Below, piece by piece: positions 19,334 to 28,138 of a stretch of 64,000 bases of DNA (the first letter of the stretch is position 1; each line of letters starts with the position of its first letter). The notes below the pieces were generated by a model. It saw only the letters and a list, made by a program, of their open reading frames with translations, searched no databases and was not told the origin of the DNA. The stretch is from an uncultured Acidobacteriota bacterium (GTDB taxonomy: Bacteria > Acidobacteriota > Vicinamibacteria > Vicinamibacterales > 2-12-FULL-66-21): NCBI GenBank assembly GCA_963774855.1, contig CAVZGT010000014.1, forward strand, positions 508,892 through 572,891, written 5' to 3'. The position numbers and the translations under genes were made by a program.

Positions 19334-19612
19334 TCAGCCTTCGTACGGGCCTGCGCTGATCGAGATCGCGCGGTTCCGAGCCGGTCCATACGCGCGCACG
19401 GTTCTCCGCTCCTCCGGCTCGGCGAGCGCGACAGCCGCACTCTTGCCGCCCGGTCCGCGCTTCCGCGGTTCGCGGACCCCGACGTACGGATCCTCCGGGA
19501 GCGCGGGAGGCAACCCGTCAAAGCTCCGCCAACTGAGCCGCGCCGCCAGCGCCTTCAAGTACGACAGCATTTGCGTTCTCATGGCAATAGTCGTGACACG
19601 TGGATCGACCAT
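19334..19612 (-). CDS. hypothetical protein (weak call)
   Basis: 92-codon ORF with mostly G/C-ending codons after the first ~15 codons. No recognisable domain or clear SD. Confidence 0.25.
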   Translation of the reverse strand: MVDPRVTTIAMRTQMLSYLKALAARLSWRSFDGLPPALPEDPYVGVREPRKRGPGGKSAAVALAEPEERRTVRAYGPARNRAISISAGPYEG

Positions 19613-19686
19613 GATCGGATTCCCATCTCGGTATCGGAGCGACTGCCGGCGAACGAGCGCTTGATGCTAGCACGCCGGCGCGCCCA

Positions 19687-20274
19687 CTAGGCCCGTGCGA
19701 CCGGCGCGGGAAAGCCCGGCGCCATCCGCACCTGCTCCGCCTGCCAGAGATGGCGGCGGTCGTGGGCGGCCAGGATGAGGAGCGCGGTCGAGACCCGCAT
19801 GCGGATCACCGAGAGGAACGGGTTGGGGAACGTCGCCCGGTTGATGTCCACTTCCGCCGCGCTGGCGATTAACCGCCGGACGGATGTGTGCGCGTCGTGG
19901 TAGGCGCCGAGGATCTCCTCGCGGCTCCTGGAAGCCGGCGCAGGCTGCACGCGTCCCGGTGCGCGGAACCGGCGCTTCACCGGAGGCTCCTGCGACGCGA
20001 CGAAGCGGCGGCCGAAAAACCCCGGCGCCGCCGGTCCCTGCCGCGTCCACCCCCGCGCGCGCGCGACGTCCACGGCCTGCTGGACGGGCGTGCTGTAGAG
20101 CGCGTTGACCGTGGCCAGGTGATCGAGGCACTGCGCGATGCTCCAGCCTTGCCCCTCGCGGGGCCGCCAGTTGAACTGTTCGTCGGTCACCTGCCTGGCC
20201 ATCGTCTCCCCGGCGCGGTCGGCCGCATCGATGTCGTCGAGAATCCGCTGAAGGTCGGCTGGGAGTGTCGGCAT
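19687..20274 (-). CDS. DinB family protein
   Basis: WSIAQCLDHLATVN...AAHDRRHLWQAEQV four-helix DinB_2-type His pattern. ATG at 20272-20274. Confidence 0.8.
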   Translation of the reverse strand: MPTLPADLQRILDDIDAADRAGETMARQVTDEQFNWRPREGQGWSIAQCLDHLATVNALYSTPVQQAVDVARARGWTRQGPAAPGFFGRRFVASQEPPVKRRFRAPGRVQPAPASRSREEILGAYHDAHTSVRRLIASAAEVDINRATFPNPFLSVIRMRVSTALLILAAHDRRHLWQAEQVRMAPGFPAPVARA

Positions 20275-20376
20275 GGTGCCAATTCTCTCGCAAAAAGCCG
20301 CGGGCCGGCCCGCGTTTCGGGATCTCCGGCTACCGGCCGGCGTGCGCGCGAGGTGAGTGTGCCATCCTTGTCGTAG

Positions 20377-21657
20377 ATGGCCCTGCCGCTCGCGATTCGC
20401 GCCCTCCGGTCCCGTCCCTACCGCCTGTTCGTCGCCGGTCAACTGATTTCCCTCGTCGGCACCTGGATGCAGATGGTCGCGCAGTCGTGGCTCATTTACC
20501 GGATGACCGGATCGGCGGCGCTGCTCGGATTGCTCGGGTTCGCGGGGCAGATCCCGGTCTTCGTCCTGGCCCCGCTCGGCGGCGTCGTCGCGGATCGCGC
20601 GAGCCGCCACCGCGTCCTCGTGACGACGCAATCGACCATGATGGCGCTCGCCGCCACGCTCGCCGCGCTGACGCTGAGCGGCAACATCCGGGTCTCGCAC
20701 CTCTTCGTCCTCGCGACGCTGCTCGGCCTCGTGAACGCCTTCGACATTCCGGCGCGGCAGGCCTTCGTGATCGAGATGGTCGAACGCGAGGACCTGATGA
20801 ACGCGATCGCGCTGAATTCCTCGATGGTCAACGGCGCGCGCATCGCCGGGCCGGCGGTCGCCGGCGTCGTTGTCGCGGCCGTCGGGGAAGGCTGGTGCTT
20901 TCTGCTCAACGCCCTGAGCTACACGGCGGTCATCGGCGCGTTGCTGCTGATGCGCCTGCCGCGCCGGCCGCGCGCGGCGTCCCAGGTATCGGCCTGGGCG
21001 AGCATCGTCGAGGGGTTCGTGTTCTCGTGGCAGACGGCGCCCGTGCGCGCGTTGCTGCTGCTGCTCGGCCTCGTCAGCCTGATGGGGATGCCGTACAGCG
21101 TGCTCATGCCGATCTTCGCGGATCGCATCCTCGGCGGCGGGCCGGACGCGTACGGGTTGCTCATGTCGGCCTCCGGCGTCGGCGCGCTCGCCGGCGCCGC
21201 CACCCTGACCGTGCGGCGGCACATCCGCGGCCTCGGCCGATGGGTGGCGGTCTCGGCGACAGGTTTCGGCGTGAGCCTGATCGCGTTCGCGTCCTCGCGG
21301 TCGCTGTGGCTCTCCGCCTTGCTGCTCGTGCCGGCGGGCTTCTGCATGATGGTCGAGATGGCGGCGTCGAATACCCTGATCCAGGCGATGATTCCGGATC
21401 GACTGCGCGGCCGCGTGATGGCGGTCTATTCCATGATGTTCATGGGTATGGCGCCGCTTGGCGCCCTGATTGCCGGTGCCCTCGCGGCGCCGCTCGGCGC
21501 CCCGGCGACCGTCGCGATCGGCGGGGTGGTCTGTATCGCGGGCGGCCTCGTGTTCGGCGCGCGCCTGCCGGCGCTGCGCGGTCCGGCCCGCGAGCTGATC
21601 GTTGCGCAGCAGCCCTCCGCGGGCGGCCCTCCCGACGATGCCATTGGGGCCACGTAG
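20377..21657 (+). CDS. MFS transporter (EntS/MFS_3-like)
   Basis: About 12 predicted TM segments. FVAGQLISLVGTWMQMVAQSWLIY...GGVVADRASRHRVL loop motif. Intact, 426 aa. Confidence 0.85.
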   Translation: MALPLAIRALRSRPYRLFVAGQLISLVGTWMQMVAQSWLIYRMTGSAALLGLLGFAGQIPVFVLAPLGGVVADRASRHRVLVTTQSTMMALAATLAALTLSGNIRVSHLFVLATLLGLVNAFDIPARQAFVIEMVEREDLMNAIALNSSMVNGARIAGPAVAGVVVAAVGEGWCFLLNALSYTAVIGALLLMRLPRRPRAASQVSAWASIVEGFVFSWQTAPVRALLLLLGLVSLMGMPYSVLMPIFADRILGGGPDAYGLLMSASGVGALAGAATLTVRRHIRGLGRWVAVSATGFGVSLIAFASSRSLWLSALLLVPAGFCMMVEMAASNTLIQAMIPDRLRGRVMAVYSMMFMGMAPLGALIAGALAAPLGAPATVAIGGVVCIAGGLVFGARLPALRGPARELIVAQQPSAGGPPDDAIGAT

Positions 21658-21700
21658 CGGTACCTCGACTTTTCCCGCGGTCGGTTATAGTAGTGGACCC

Positions 21701-22297
21701 GTGGAATACCTTCTGAAACAGTACTCGCTCCAGCAGGGGGCGCTCGAGATCCAGTACATCGAGGAGTTCTTCCTCGATTTCCCCAGAAAAAAGACCGCCG
21801 CCGAAGTGATCAAGCGGCTGGACAGCCGGGACCATCAGATCCTGATGGCCGAGGCGCCTCTCCCCGACGATCCCGGGATGATCGTCCCGGTGTCGTTCAA
21901 GGTCGCGCACGAGCTGCGCGCCAACGAGAACGATCCGAAGCTGGCCGACCTCGTCGCGCAGCTCGAGGACTGCGTGCAGTTCGAGGGGCGGCGCGTCCTC
22001 TATCAGTGGATCGGCGGGACCCGCAGCGACTGGCGCGGCCAGGGACACTTCCGCGCGCTCACCGAGGAGCAGGAGGTCTGGGCGCTCGCCAACGGCTTCG
22101 ACGAGATCCTCGTCAAGACGAAGAACCGCTTCTACGAAATGCGCAGCACGCTCGCCCAGCTGCACTTCGACGTGATCCGCTTCGTGCAGCATCCGTACGA
22201 GAGCGGCGAGTCGAAGGTGTTCCTCAGCAAACGTCTCGGCCAGCACGTCATCGATCGGCACCGGAGCCGCCGGTCGGTGGTTCGAACCGGCGAGTGA
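21701..22297 (+). CDS. GNAT-like acetyltransferase
   Basis: WIGGTRSDWRGQGHFRALTEEQEVWALANGFDEILVKTKNRFYEMRSTL (an R-x-x-G-x-G acetyl-CoA loop). The GTG 21701 start is a guess; the ORF is open from 21602. Confidence 0.6.
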   Translation: MEYLLKQYSLQQGALEIQYIEEFFLDFPRKKTAAEVIKRLDSRDHQILMAEAPLPDDPGMIVPVSFKVAHELRANENDPKLADLVAQLEDCVQFEGRRVLYQWIGGTRSDWRGQGHFRALTEEQEVWALANGFDEILVKTKNRFYEMRSTLAQLHFDVIRFVQHPYESGESKVFLSKRLGQHVIDRHRSRRSVVRTGE

Positions 22298-23074
22298 TCC
22301 CAGCGGAGATTCTCGCGCAGTACGCGCACGTCGGCGACCCCGTGTGGCTGCGGGCGCACGGCCTCTTCGTCGCCGAAGGCCGGCTCGTCGTCCGGCGGCT
22401 CATCGAAGCCGGCCGCTACGAGCCTCTCTCTCGTCGTCACGCCGGCCGCGCTCGAAGGCCTCTCGGACCTCCGCGCGCGCGTACGGTGTCCCGTCCACGT
22501 CGTCGAGAAGTCCGAGCTCGCGTCGCTGACGGGGATCGATTTCCATCGGGGCTGCCTCGCGCTCGCGAGGCGCCCCGGCGTCCAGCCGCCGCTCGAGGCG
22601 TTCGCCGGCGCCCGCCGGCTGCTGGCGCTCGAGTCCGTGGCCAACCCGGACAACGTCGGCGGGCTCTTTCGCGTCGCCGCCGCGTTCGATGCGGGGGGCC
22701 TGCTCCTCGACCGCGCGACGGGCGATCCGTTCTACCGAAAAGCCATCCGGACGTCGATGGGCGCGTCGCTCCACCTGCCGTTCACACGCCTGGAGTCCTG
22801 GCCCTCGGACCTCGGCCTGCTTCGCCGCCGCGGGTTCCAGATCGCCGCGCTCACGCCCGATCGGATCGCGACGCCGCTCGCAGGATATGCCGCCACGGCC
22901 GGCCGGAACCGGCCGCTCGTCTTGATCCTCGGCGCGGAGGGGTCTGGCCTTACTGCGGAGGCCCTCGACGCCGCCGACGTCAGGCTGCGCATTCCAATTG
23001 CCGACGGCGTGGATTCCCTGAACGTCGTCGTCGCCGCCGGCATCGCGCTCGCGGCGCTGGACGGACGCATGTAG
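22294..23074 (+). CDS. SpoU/TrmH family RNA 2'-O-methyltransferase, one frame break
   Basis: ESVANPDNVGGLFRVAAAFDAGGLLL...LVLILGAEGSGLT...IPIADGVDSLNVVVAAGIAL. GTGA overlap with the upstream gene. The frame change lies in the (CT)4 run at about 22430. Confidence 0.8.
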
Positions 23075-23075
23075 C

Positions 23076-23127
23076 GCTGGCCTTCAGGCCAGCCCCAACG
23101 GCGGTTCAGCCCAACGGCCTTCAGGCC
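23076..23127. repeat. GC-stem / TTCA-loop hairpins
   Basis: GCTGGCC-TTCA-GGCCAGC at 23076-23093, and GGCC-TTCA-GGCC again at 23116-23127, immediately after the methyltransferase stop. Confidence 0.6.
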
Positions 23128-23208
23128 AGCCTTGGCGGACCCGCCTACCCGAACGCGGGATAATGAAGGCGACGGAGGCAGCGGAGCGTTCAGCCAACGT
23201 CTTTTCAA

Positions 23209-23349
23209 CACGGAGGAACGGAGGAACGGAGGAACGGAGGAACGAATCCTTGATGTTTCTTTATTGAAGAGCAATTCTCCGTTGCTCCGTTTCTCCGTTG
23301 CTCCGTGTTAGATACCTCCGCTTTCTCCGTACCCTCCGGTATCTCGGAG
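23209..23349. repeat. word-repeat hairpin (CGGAGGAA / CTCCGTT family)
   Basis: (CGGAGGAA)x4 at 23211-23242 faces TTCTCCGTTGCTCCGTTTCTCCGTTGCTCCGTG at 23276-23308, with further CTCCG words to 23349. Lies between convergent genes. Confidence 0.75.
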
Positions 23350-23372
23350 TCGCGGCTGCCTGAAGGTCGGCA

Positions 23373-24338
23373 CTACGCGACAGAACGTCCCAGGCACAGA
23401 TCGAGCACGCGCGATGCCCGGGCGCCGCTCTCGCCTGTCGATTCGCATCGGCCGCGGCCGTGCAGCTCGTCGACGATCGTCTGGATGAGCGGTTGATGGA
23501 CGTGGGGAGGGTTCCGGATCGGATACGCGACCTCCCCCTCCGCTGTCGAGACCACCGTGTCGGCCTCGTGAAAGAGCGGGGTGCGCAGTTCACCCAGGGA
23601 GCCGGTGAACACCATGCCGTCTCGCTTGCTGCCGGCATTGAAGTTCCAGATGCCCGTGCCCACGACGTCACCGGCGATCCTGAAGGACGCCGCGATCGCG
23701 TCCTCGACCTCGTACGTCCCGCCGGTGTTGACCGGGAAGCCGGCGGCCTCGACGATCTCCCCCACGAGATAGTCGAGCAGGTCGATGCCGTGCGAGCCCA
23801 CGTCGAGGAACAAGCCTCCGCCCGCGATCGCCGGGTCGAACCGCCAGGCGGCCGCCTGTTCCGGCGTGGCCAGCCGATCCATGACTTCCACTCGAACCGA
23901 CGTCACGCGACCGATCGCCCCGCCGGCGAGAAGATCGCGAACGGCGACGTACCGAGGGAGCGCGCGGCGGTAATACGCAACCCAGAGCGGCGCAGCGGCG
24001 GTGCGGAACGCCTCCACCATCCGGAGGCACTCCCCGTGGTCCATCGCCATCGGCTTTTCCACGAGACAGGGCTTGCCGGCCGCGGCCACGCGAAGCGACA
24101 GGTCGCAGTGCGTGGAGGGAGGCGTGGCCACGTACACCGCGTCCACATCGGCGTCGGCAATCAGATCGCCGGCGCTCGCGTGCACGCGCGGGACGTTGTG
24201 GCGGCGGGCGAAGTCCTCGGCCTTCGCGCGATCCCGCCGCATGACCGCCACGAGCGCGGATCCCGGCGTCTTCTGAAATCCGGGACCGCTCTTCACTTCC
24301 GTGACGTCCCCGCACCCGATGATGCCCCAGCGAATCAT
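23373..24338 (-). CDS. Gfo/Idh/MocA family oxidoreductase
   Basis: N-terminal Rossmann motif MIRWGIIGCGDVTEVKSGPGF and EKPMAMDHGECLRMVEAF. Intact, 321 aa. Confidence 0.9.
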   Translation of the reverse strand: MIRWGIIGCGDVTEVKSGPGFQKTPGSALVAVMRRDRAKAEDFARRHNVPRVHASAGDLIADADVDAVYVATPPSTHCDLSLRVAAAGKPCLVEKPMAMDHGECLRMVEAFRTAAAPLWVAYYRRALPRYVAVRDLLAGGAIGRVTSVRVEVMDRLATPEQAAAWRFDPAIAGGGLFLDVGSHGIDLLDYLVGEIVEAAGFPVNTGGTYEVEDAIAASFRIAGDVVGTGIWNFNAGSKRDGMVFTGSLGELRTPLFHEADTVVSTAEGEVAYPIRNPPHVHQPLIQTIVDELHGRGRCESTGESGARASRVLDLCLGRSVA

Positions 24339-24345
24339 GCGGAAT

Positions 24346-24422
24346 CTCCAGCTTCCAGCTTCCAGCTTCCCGCTCCCCGCTTCCGAATCCCGAGTCCCGA
24401 ATCCCGAGTCCCGAGTCCCGAG
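24346..24422. repeat. two abutting heptamer arrays (CTTCCAG then GAATCCC/GAGTCCC)
   Basis: CTCCAG CTTCCAG CTTCCAG CTTCCCG CTCCCCG CTTCC, followed by GAATCCC GAGTCCC GAATCCC GAGTCCC GAGTCCC GAG. Lies in a divergent spacer. Confidence 0.8.
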
Positions 24423-24525
24423 CGTTCGAGAATACTTGGATTCGGTCCGAATTGGTGCGACGCTATCGGCTCGTCGCCAGGAACACCGCCCCGGCGAGGC
24501 GGTAGAGGACTCCAGGAGCTGACAG

Positions 24526-25221
24526 GTGAACGCAACCAGACTCTATCTCGTGCGTCACGGCGCGACCCAGCTCACGGCAGAGGACAAGTTCTCGGGCGCC
24601 ATCGGCGTCGAGTTGTCGGACGAAGGGCGGGGGCAGGCGGCCCGGCTCGGCGAGCGACTGCACGACGAGGGGATCAGCGCGGTCTACGCCAGCCCCCTGT
24701 CGCGGACGATGGAGACGGCGCGCATTGTCGGCGGCCACTGCGGGCTGGAGATCGAAGAGCGGGAGGGCCTGCGCGAGATCAGCCACGGCCGGTGGGAGGG
24801 GCTGACGCGCCGCGAGGTCGAGGCCCGGTATGGCGCCGAGTATGCGTCGTGGGAAGAGGATCCGTTCACCTTCGCGCCGGAGGGAGGAGAGTCCGGCGTG
24901 GCGGTGCTCGCGCGTGCGCTGCCGGTCGTCCGCGAGATCGTGACGAAGCACCCGGGTGAGCGCGTGCTCGTCGTCTCGCACAAGGCCACGCTCCGCCTCG
25001 TGATCAGCAGCCTGCTGGGATTCGACCCGCGCGGCTACCGGGACCGCCTCGATCAGGCGCCGGCCTGCGTGAACGTGCTCGACTTCCGCGATCCCGTGCG
25101 CGTGCGTCTCATGCTCTTCAACGATACGTCGCATTACGCGCATGAGCCCCGCGCGGCGAGCGGGAATCTCTCCAGGTGGTGGGACGGAGCGGCAGGGCAG
25201 TCGAAGATCTCGAAACCTTAG
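24526..25221 (+). CDS. histidine phosphatase family protein (phosphoglycerate mutase-like)
   Basis: LYLVRHGATQLTAEDKFSG (RHG motif), SPLSRTMETA and VVSHKATLRL. GTG start with AGGAG 8 nt upstream. Confidence 0.85.
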   Translation: MNATRLYLVRHGATQLTAEDKFSGAIGVELSDEGRGQAARLGERLHDEGISAVYASPLSRTMETARIVGGHCGLEIEEREGLREISHGRWEGLTRREVEARYGAEYASWEEDPFTFAPEGGESGVAVLARALPVVREIVTKHPGERVLVVSHKATLRLVISSLLGFDPRGYRDRLDQAPACVNVLDFRDPVRVRLMLFNDTSHYAHEPRAASGNLSRWWDGAAGQSKISKP

Positions 25222-25223
25222 CT

Positions 25224-25243
25224 CCAGAACTTTCAGAACTTTC
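25224..25243. repeat. short AGAACTTT word pair
   Basis: CAGAACTTT CAGAACTTT directly after the stop at 25221. The same word occurs at 41185-41231, and its complement at 59470-59519. Confidence 0.4.
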
Positions 25244-25262
25244 ACAAACCGGAGTGACATCC

Positions 25263-26219
25263 ATGCGCCCGATCATCGTCGTCATCGCGGCCGCCGCGGC
25301 GCTCGCCGCCGGTACATCCACCGTCCACGCACAGTCCTGGCAGCCGCCCGCCGATATTGAACGCTGCCCCTCGAAGTGGGGGGCAGGTGACGAGCGGGGC
25401 GCGGGCAACCACATGAAGCCCGAAACGGTCCTGCGCGCGGCCCGGCTGATCCGCACGGGCGAGACCTTCGAGCTCGGCCAGGTGCTGTCCTCGACGATGC
25501 CCTTCTTCGGAACCCGCCGGTTGGACATCTATACCAAGCGTACCGTCATGAATGCGGGGACGAACAGCCGCGGCAGCAACGAGGAGATCGTCGTCGGCGA
25601 GATCGGGCAGATCGGGACGCAGTTCGACGGCTTCAGCCACCAGACCATCGGCAACAGCATGTACAACTGCTTCAAGCTGGACGAAACGTCAACCCGCACC
25701 GGTTTCACCAAGCTGGGAGTCGAACGCGTCGGCGGCCTCATGACCCGTGGGGTCGTGATCGACGTCGCCGCCTTGAAGGGGACCGAGATGCTTCCCGATA
25801 CGTACGAGATCACCGTGGCCGATCTGCAGGAGGCGCTGAAGCGGCAGAGCCTCACGCTGCAGCCGGGGGACGCCGTCATCATCCACACAGGCTGGGGCCG
25901 GCTGTGGGGCAAGGACAACGCCCGCTACACGAAGAGCTGTCCCGGCATCGGCGTCGCCGCGGCCGAATGGCTGGCGCGCCAGGATCCGATGCTCGTCGGA
26001 TCCGATAACTGGGGCATCGGCGTGAGCCCCGACGTCGATCCGCAGGTGAACAACCCGATCCATCAGATCACGCTGGTGGTCAACGGCATTCACCTGCTGG
26101 AGAACCTGAAGCTCGACGAGGTGGTGGCCAGGCGGGCCTACGAGTTCGCGCTGATTGTACAGCCGCTCAAGATCCAGGGAGGCACGGGCTCGACCGTCGC
26201 GCCGATCGCGGCGCGCTGA
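25263..26219 (+). CDS. cyclase family protein (kynurenine formamidase-like), secreted
   Basis: Signal peptide MRPIIVVIAAAAALAAGTSTVHAQ. GQIGTQFDGFSH metal-site-like motif, DAVIIHTGW and GSDNWG. GGAG lies upstream of ATG 25263. Confidence 0.8.
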   Translation: MRPIIVVIAAAAALAAGTSTVHAQSWQPPADIERCPSKWGAGDERGAGNHMKPETVLRAARLIRTGETFELGQVLSSTMPFFGTRRLDIYTKRTVMNAGTNSRGSNEEIVVGEIGQIGTQFDGFSHQTIGNSMYNCFKLDETSTRTGFTKLGVERVGGLMTRGVVIDVAALKGTEMLPDTYEITVADLQEALKRQSLTLQPGDAVIIHTGWGRLWGKDNARYTKSCPGIGVAAAEWLARQDPMLVGSDNWGIGVSPDVDPQVNNPIHQITLVVNGIHLLENLKLDEVVARRAYEFALIVQPLKIQGGTGSTVAPIAAR

Positions 26220-26228
26220 GACGGCCTT

Positions 26229-26334
26229 AACAGGAGGTCAGAAGGTCAGGAGGACATCCTTAACCCAAAGATCAAAACCTCCTGATCTCCTGATCTCCTG
26301 ATCTCCTGTTTAGGTTTTAGTCTCCTGATCTCTC
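26229..26334. repeat. word-repeat hairpin (ATCAGGAG / CTCCTGAT family)
   Basis: AACAGGAGGTCAGAAGGTCAGGAGGA faces CCTCCTGA TCTCCTGA TCTCCTGA TCTCCTGT (26276-26310). An extra TCTCCTGATCTCTC unit runs into the tldD stop. Confidence 0.8.
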
Positions 26335-28012
26335 TACGCGAAGGCGGCGCCGACCATGATCTTCCGGATGCGCAGCCACGGCGACCCGTGCGAGATGCTG
26401 TTGGTCTGCGTCGGCTGGCCCTTGGCGTCTCCGCCCGTGCCGAACATCTGCCACGACTCCTTGCCGGAGAGCGCGTCGAGGTTCCCCCAGAAGTCGGTCG
26501 TGATGGCGTTGTAGGTGACGTTGGTCACCATCCGGGTGCGCTTGCCGTTCTTGATTTCCCAGAACGCGTTCCCGCCGAACTGCCCGTTGTAGCGCTGCTG
26601 ATCGATTGAGTAGCTGCCGCGGCCGTCGATCATCACGCCGTCCTTCGTGTCGGCGATGATCTGCTCGGGCGTGGGCGATCCCGCGGGGCCCGGCTCGACG
26701 TGCACGTTGGGCATGCGCAGGAACGGGTAGTCGCGCCACGAGTTGGCGGACGTGCAGCCCCGGCTCGCCTTCTCGCCGATGAAGTGCGCCGATTCCCGGT
26801 TGGTCTGCAGCCCGACCAGGATGCCCTCCCGCACGAGCGGCCACTGCTGCGTCTTCACCCCGTCGTCGTCGTAGCCAATCGTGGCGACGCCGGTCGGGAT
26901 GGTCCGGTCGGCCGTCACGTTGAACAGCTTCGATCCGTATTTCAGCTTCCCGACGTCCGAGACCTTGACGAAGCTCGTGCCGGCGTAGTTCGCCTCGTAG
27001 CCCATGATGCGATCGAGCTCGGTGGCGTGCGCGACGATCTCGTGAATGGTGAGCATCGCGTGCGACGGCGTGAGCACGAGGTCCTTGATGCCCATGTCGA
27101 TGGGCTTGGCCGTGCAGTACCTCGACCGCTTCGGCGGCGATGCGCTCGGCGTTCTCGACCAGGCCGGCGGCCTCGGCGATTTCCCATCCGCCCGTGCCCG
27201 GCACGCCGGTGAACTGACGCGAGCGCGTCTGGCCGTCCTTGCGCGCCGTCACGCTGAACCCCGGGGTCGTCGTGAACACCTCCTGCTCGATGTAGGACCC
27301 TTCGCTCGACGCGAAGTACTTCCATTCCGCTTCGAGCTGTATCGACGCGTTGACGGACAGCACGTCCGGGACCTTCACGGCGAGGTCGACGACTTTCTGG
27401 ACGAGCGCCTGCTTCTCCTCTTGTGACACCGACGCGGGATCCTTCTGCATCGGCGTCGCCCAGTACCTCGGTGTACGCCGGAACCGGCGCGAGCCTCACG
27501 TCGACCTTCTTCGCGATGGCGCTGGCCTTTGCGACCTCGGTCGCCACGCGCGTGATGCGGCGGATCTCGTCCTCGGTGACGATCGGGCTGCTCGCGAAGC
27601 CCCAGACGCCGCTGTGGATCACACGGACGCCGAACCCTGCGGCGTCGTTGCTGCCGGCGCCGGCGCCGGCATTGTCGCTGCCGAATCCACCGAACCCGCC
27701 CCGGCCTCCGCCGCGTCCGCCGCGCCCGCCACGCCCGCCGCGGCCGCCGCCGAACCCGCCGAGATCGTCGTCTGCATCACGGTTGCCGCCGTTTGCGTTC
27801 ACCCCGCGGCTCGTGCTGCGCGTGAACCGGATGTCGGCATACGTGCACCCGCCGCGGCGGGCCTCCATCAGCGCGACGTCCGATAGACCCTTGAACTTCG
27901 ACTCGAGCACGCGCCCGGACGGCGACTGCGCGATCAGATCGGCAATCACATCGCTCGCGGCGACCGCCATCCCGGACAGCGCCATGGTTTTGACGAAGTG
28001 TCGACGCTTCAT
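26334..28012 (-). CDS. tldD: TldD family metalloprotease with twin-arginine signal, two frame breaks
   Basis: MKRRHFVKTMALSGMAVAA (Tat-type RR). GFGVRVIHSGVWGFASS; HEIVAHATELDRIMGYEANYAGTSF (HExxxH); ...GQPTQTNSISHGSPWLRIRKIMVG. Frame changes at 27463 and 27114. AAGGA lies 8 nt upstream of ATG 28012. Confidence 0.85.
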
Positions 28013-28040
28013 GAAGTTGATCCTTGAATTCACAAATATG

Positions 28041-28113
28041 TCTCACCACAGAGTCAACGGAGACAGCAGAGAAAATCTTTTTGTCTCCGTTTACTCCGCT
28101 ATCTCCGTGGTGG
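28041..28113. repeat. word-repeat hairpin (CGGAG / CTCCGT family)
   Basis: TCTCACCACAGAGTCAACGGAGACAGCAGAG faces TTGTCTCCGTTTACTCCGCTATCTCCGTGGTGG. Fills the pmbA-tldD spacer. Confidence 0.6.
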
Positions 28114-28138
28114 ATACGCCATCCTCAAAGCGGGCCGC

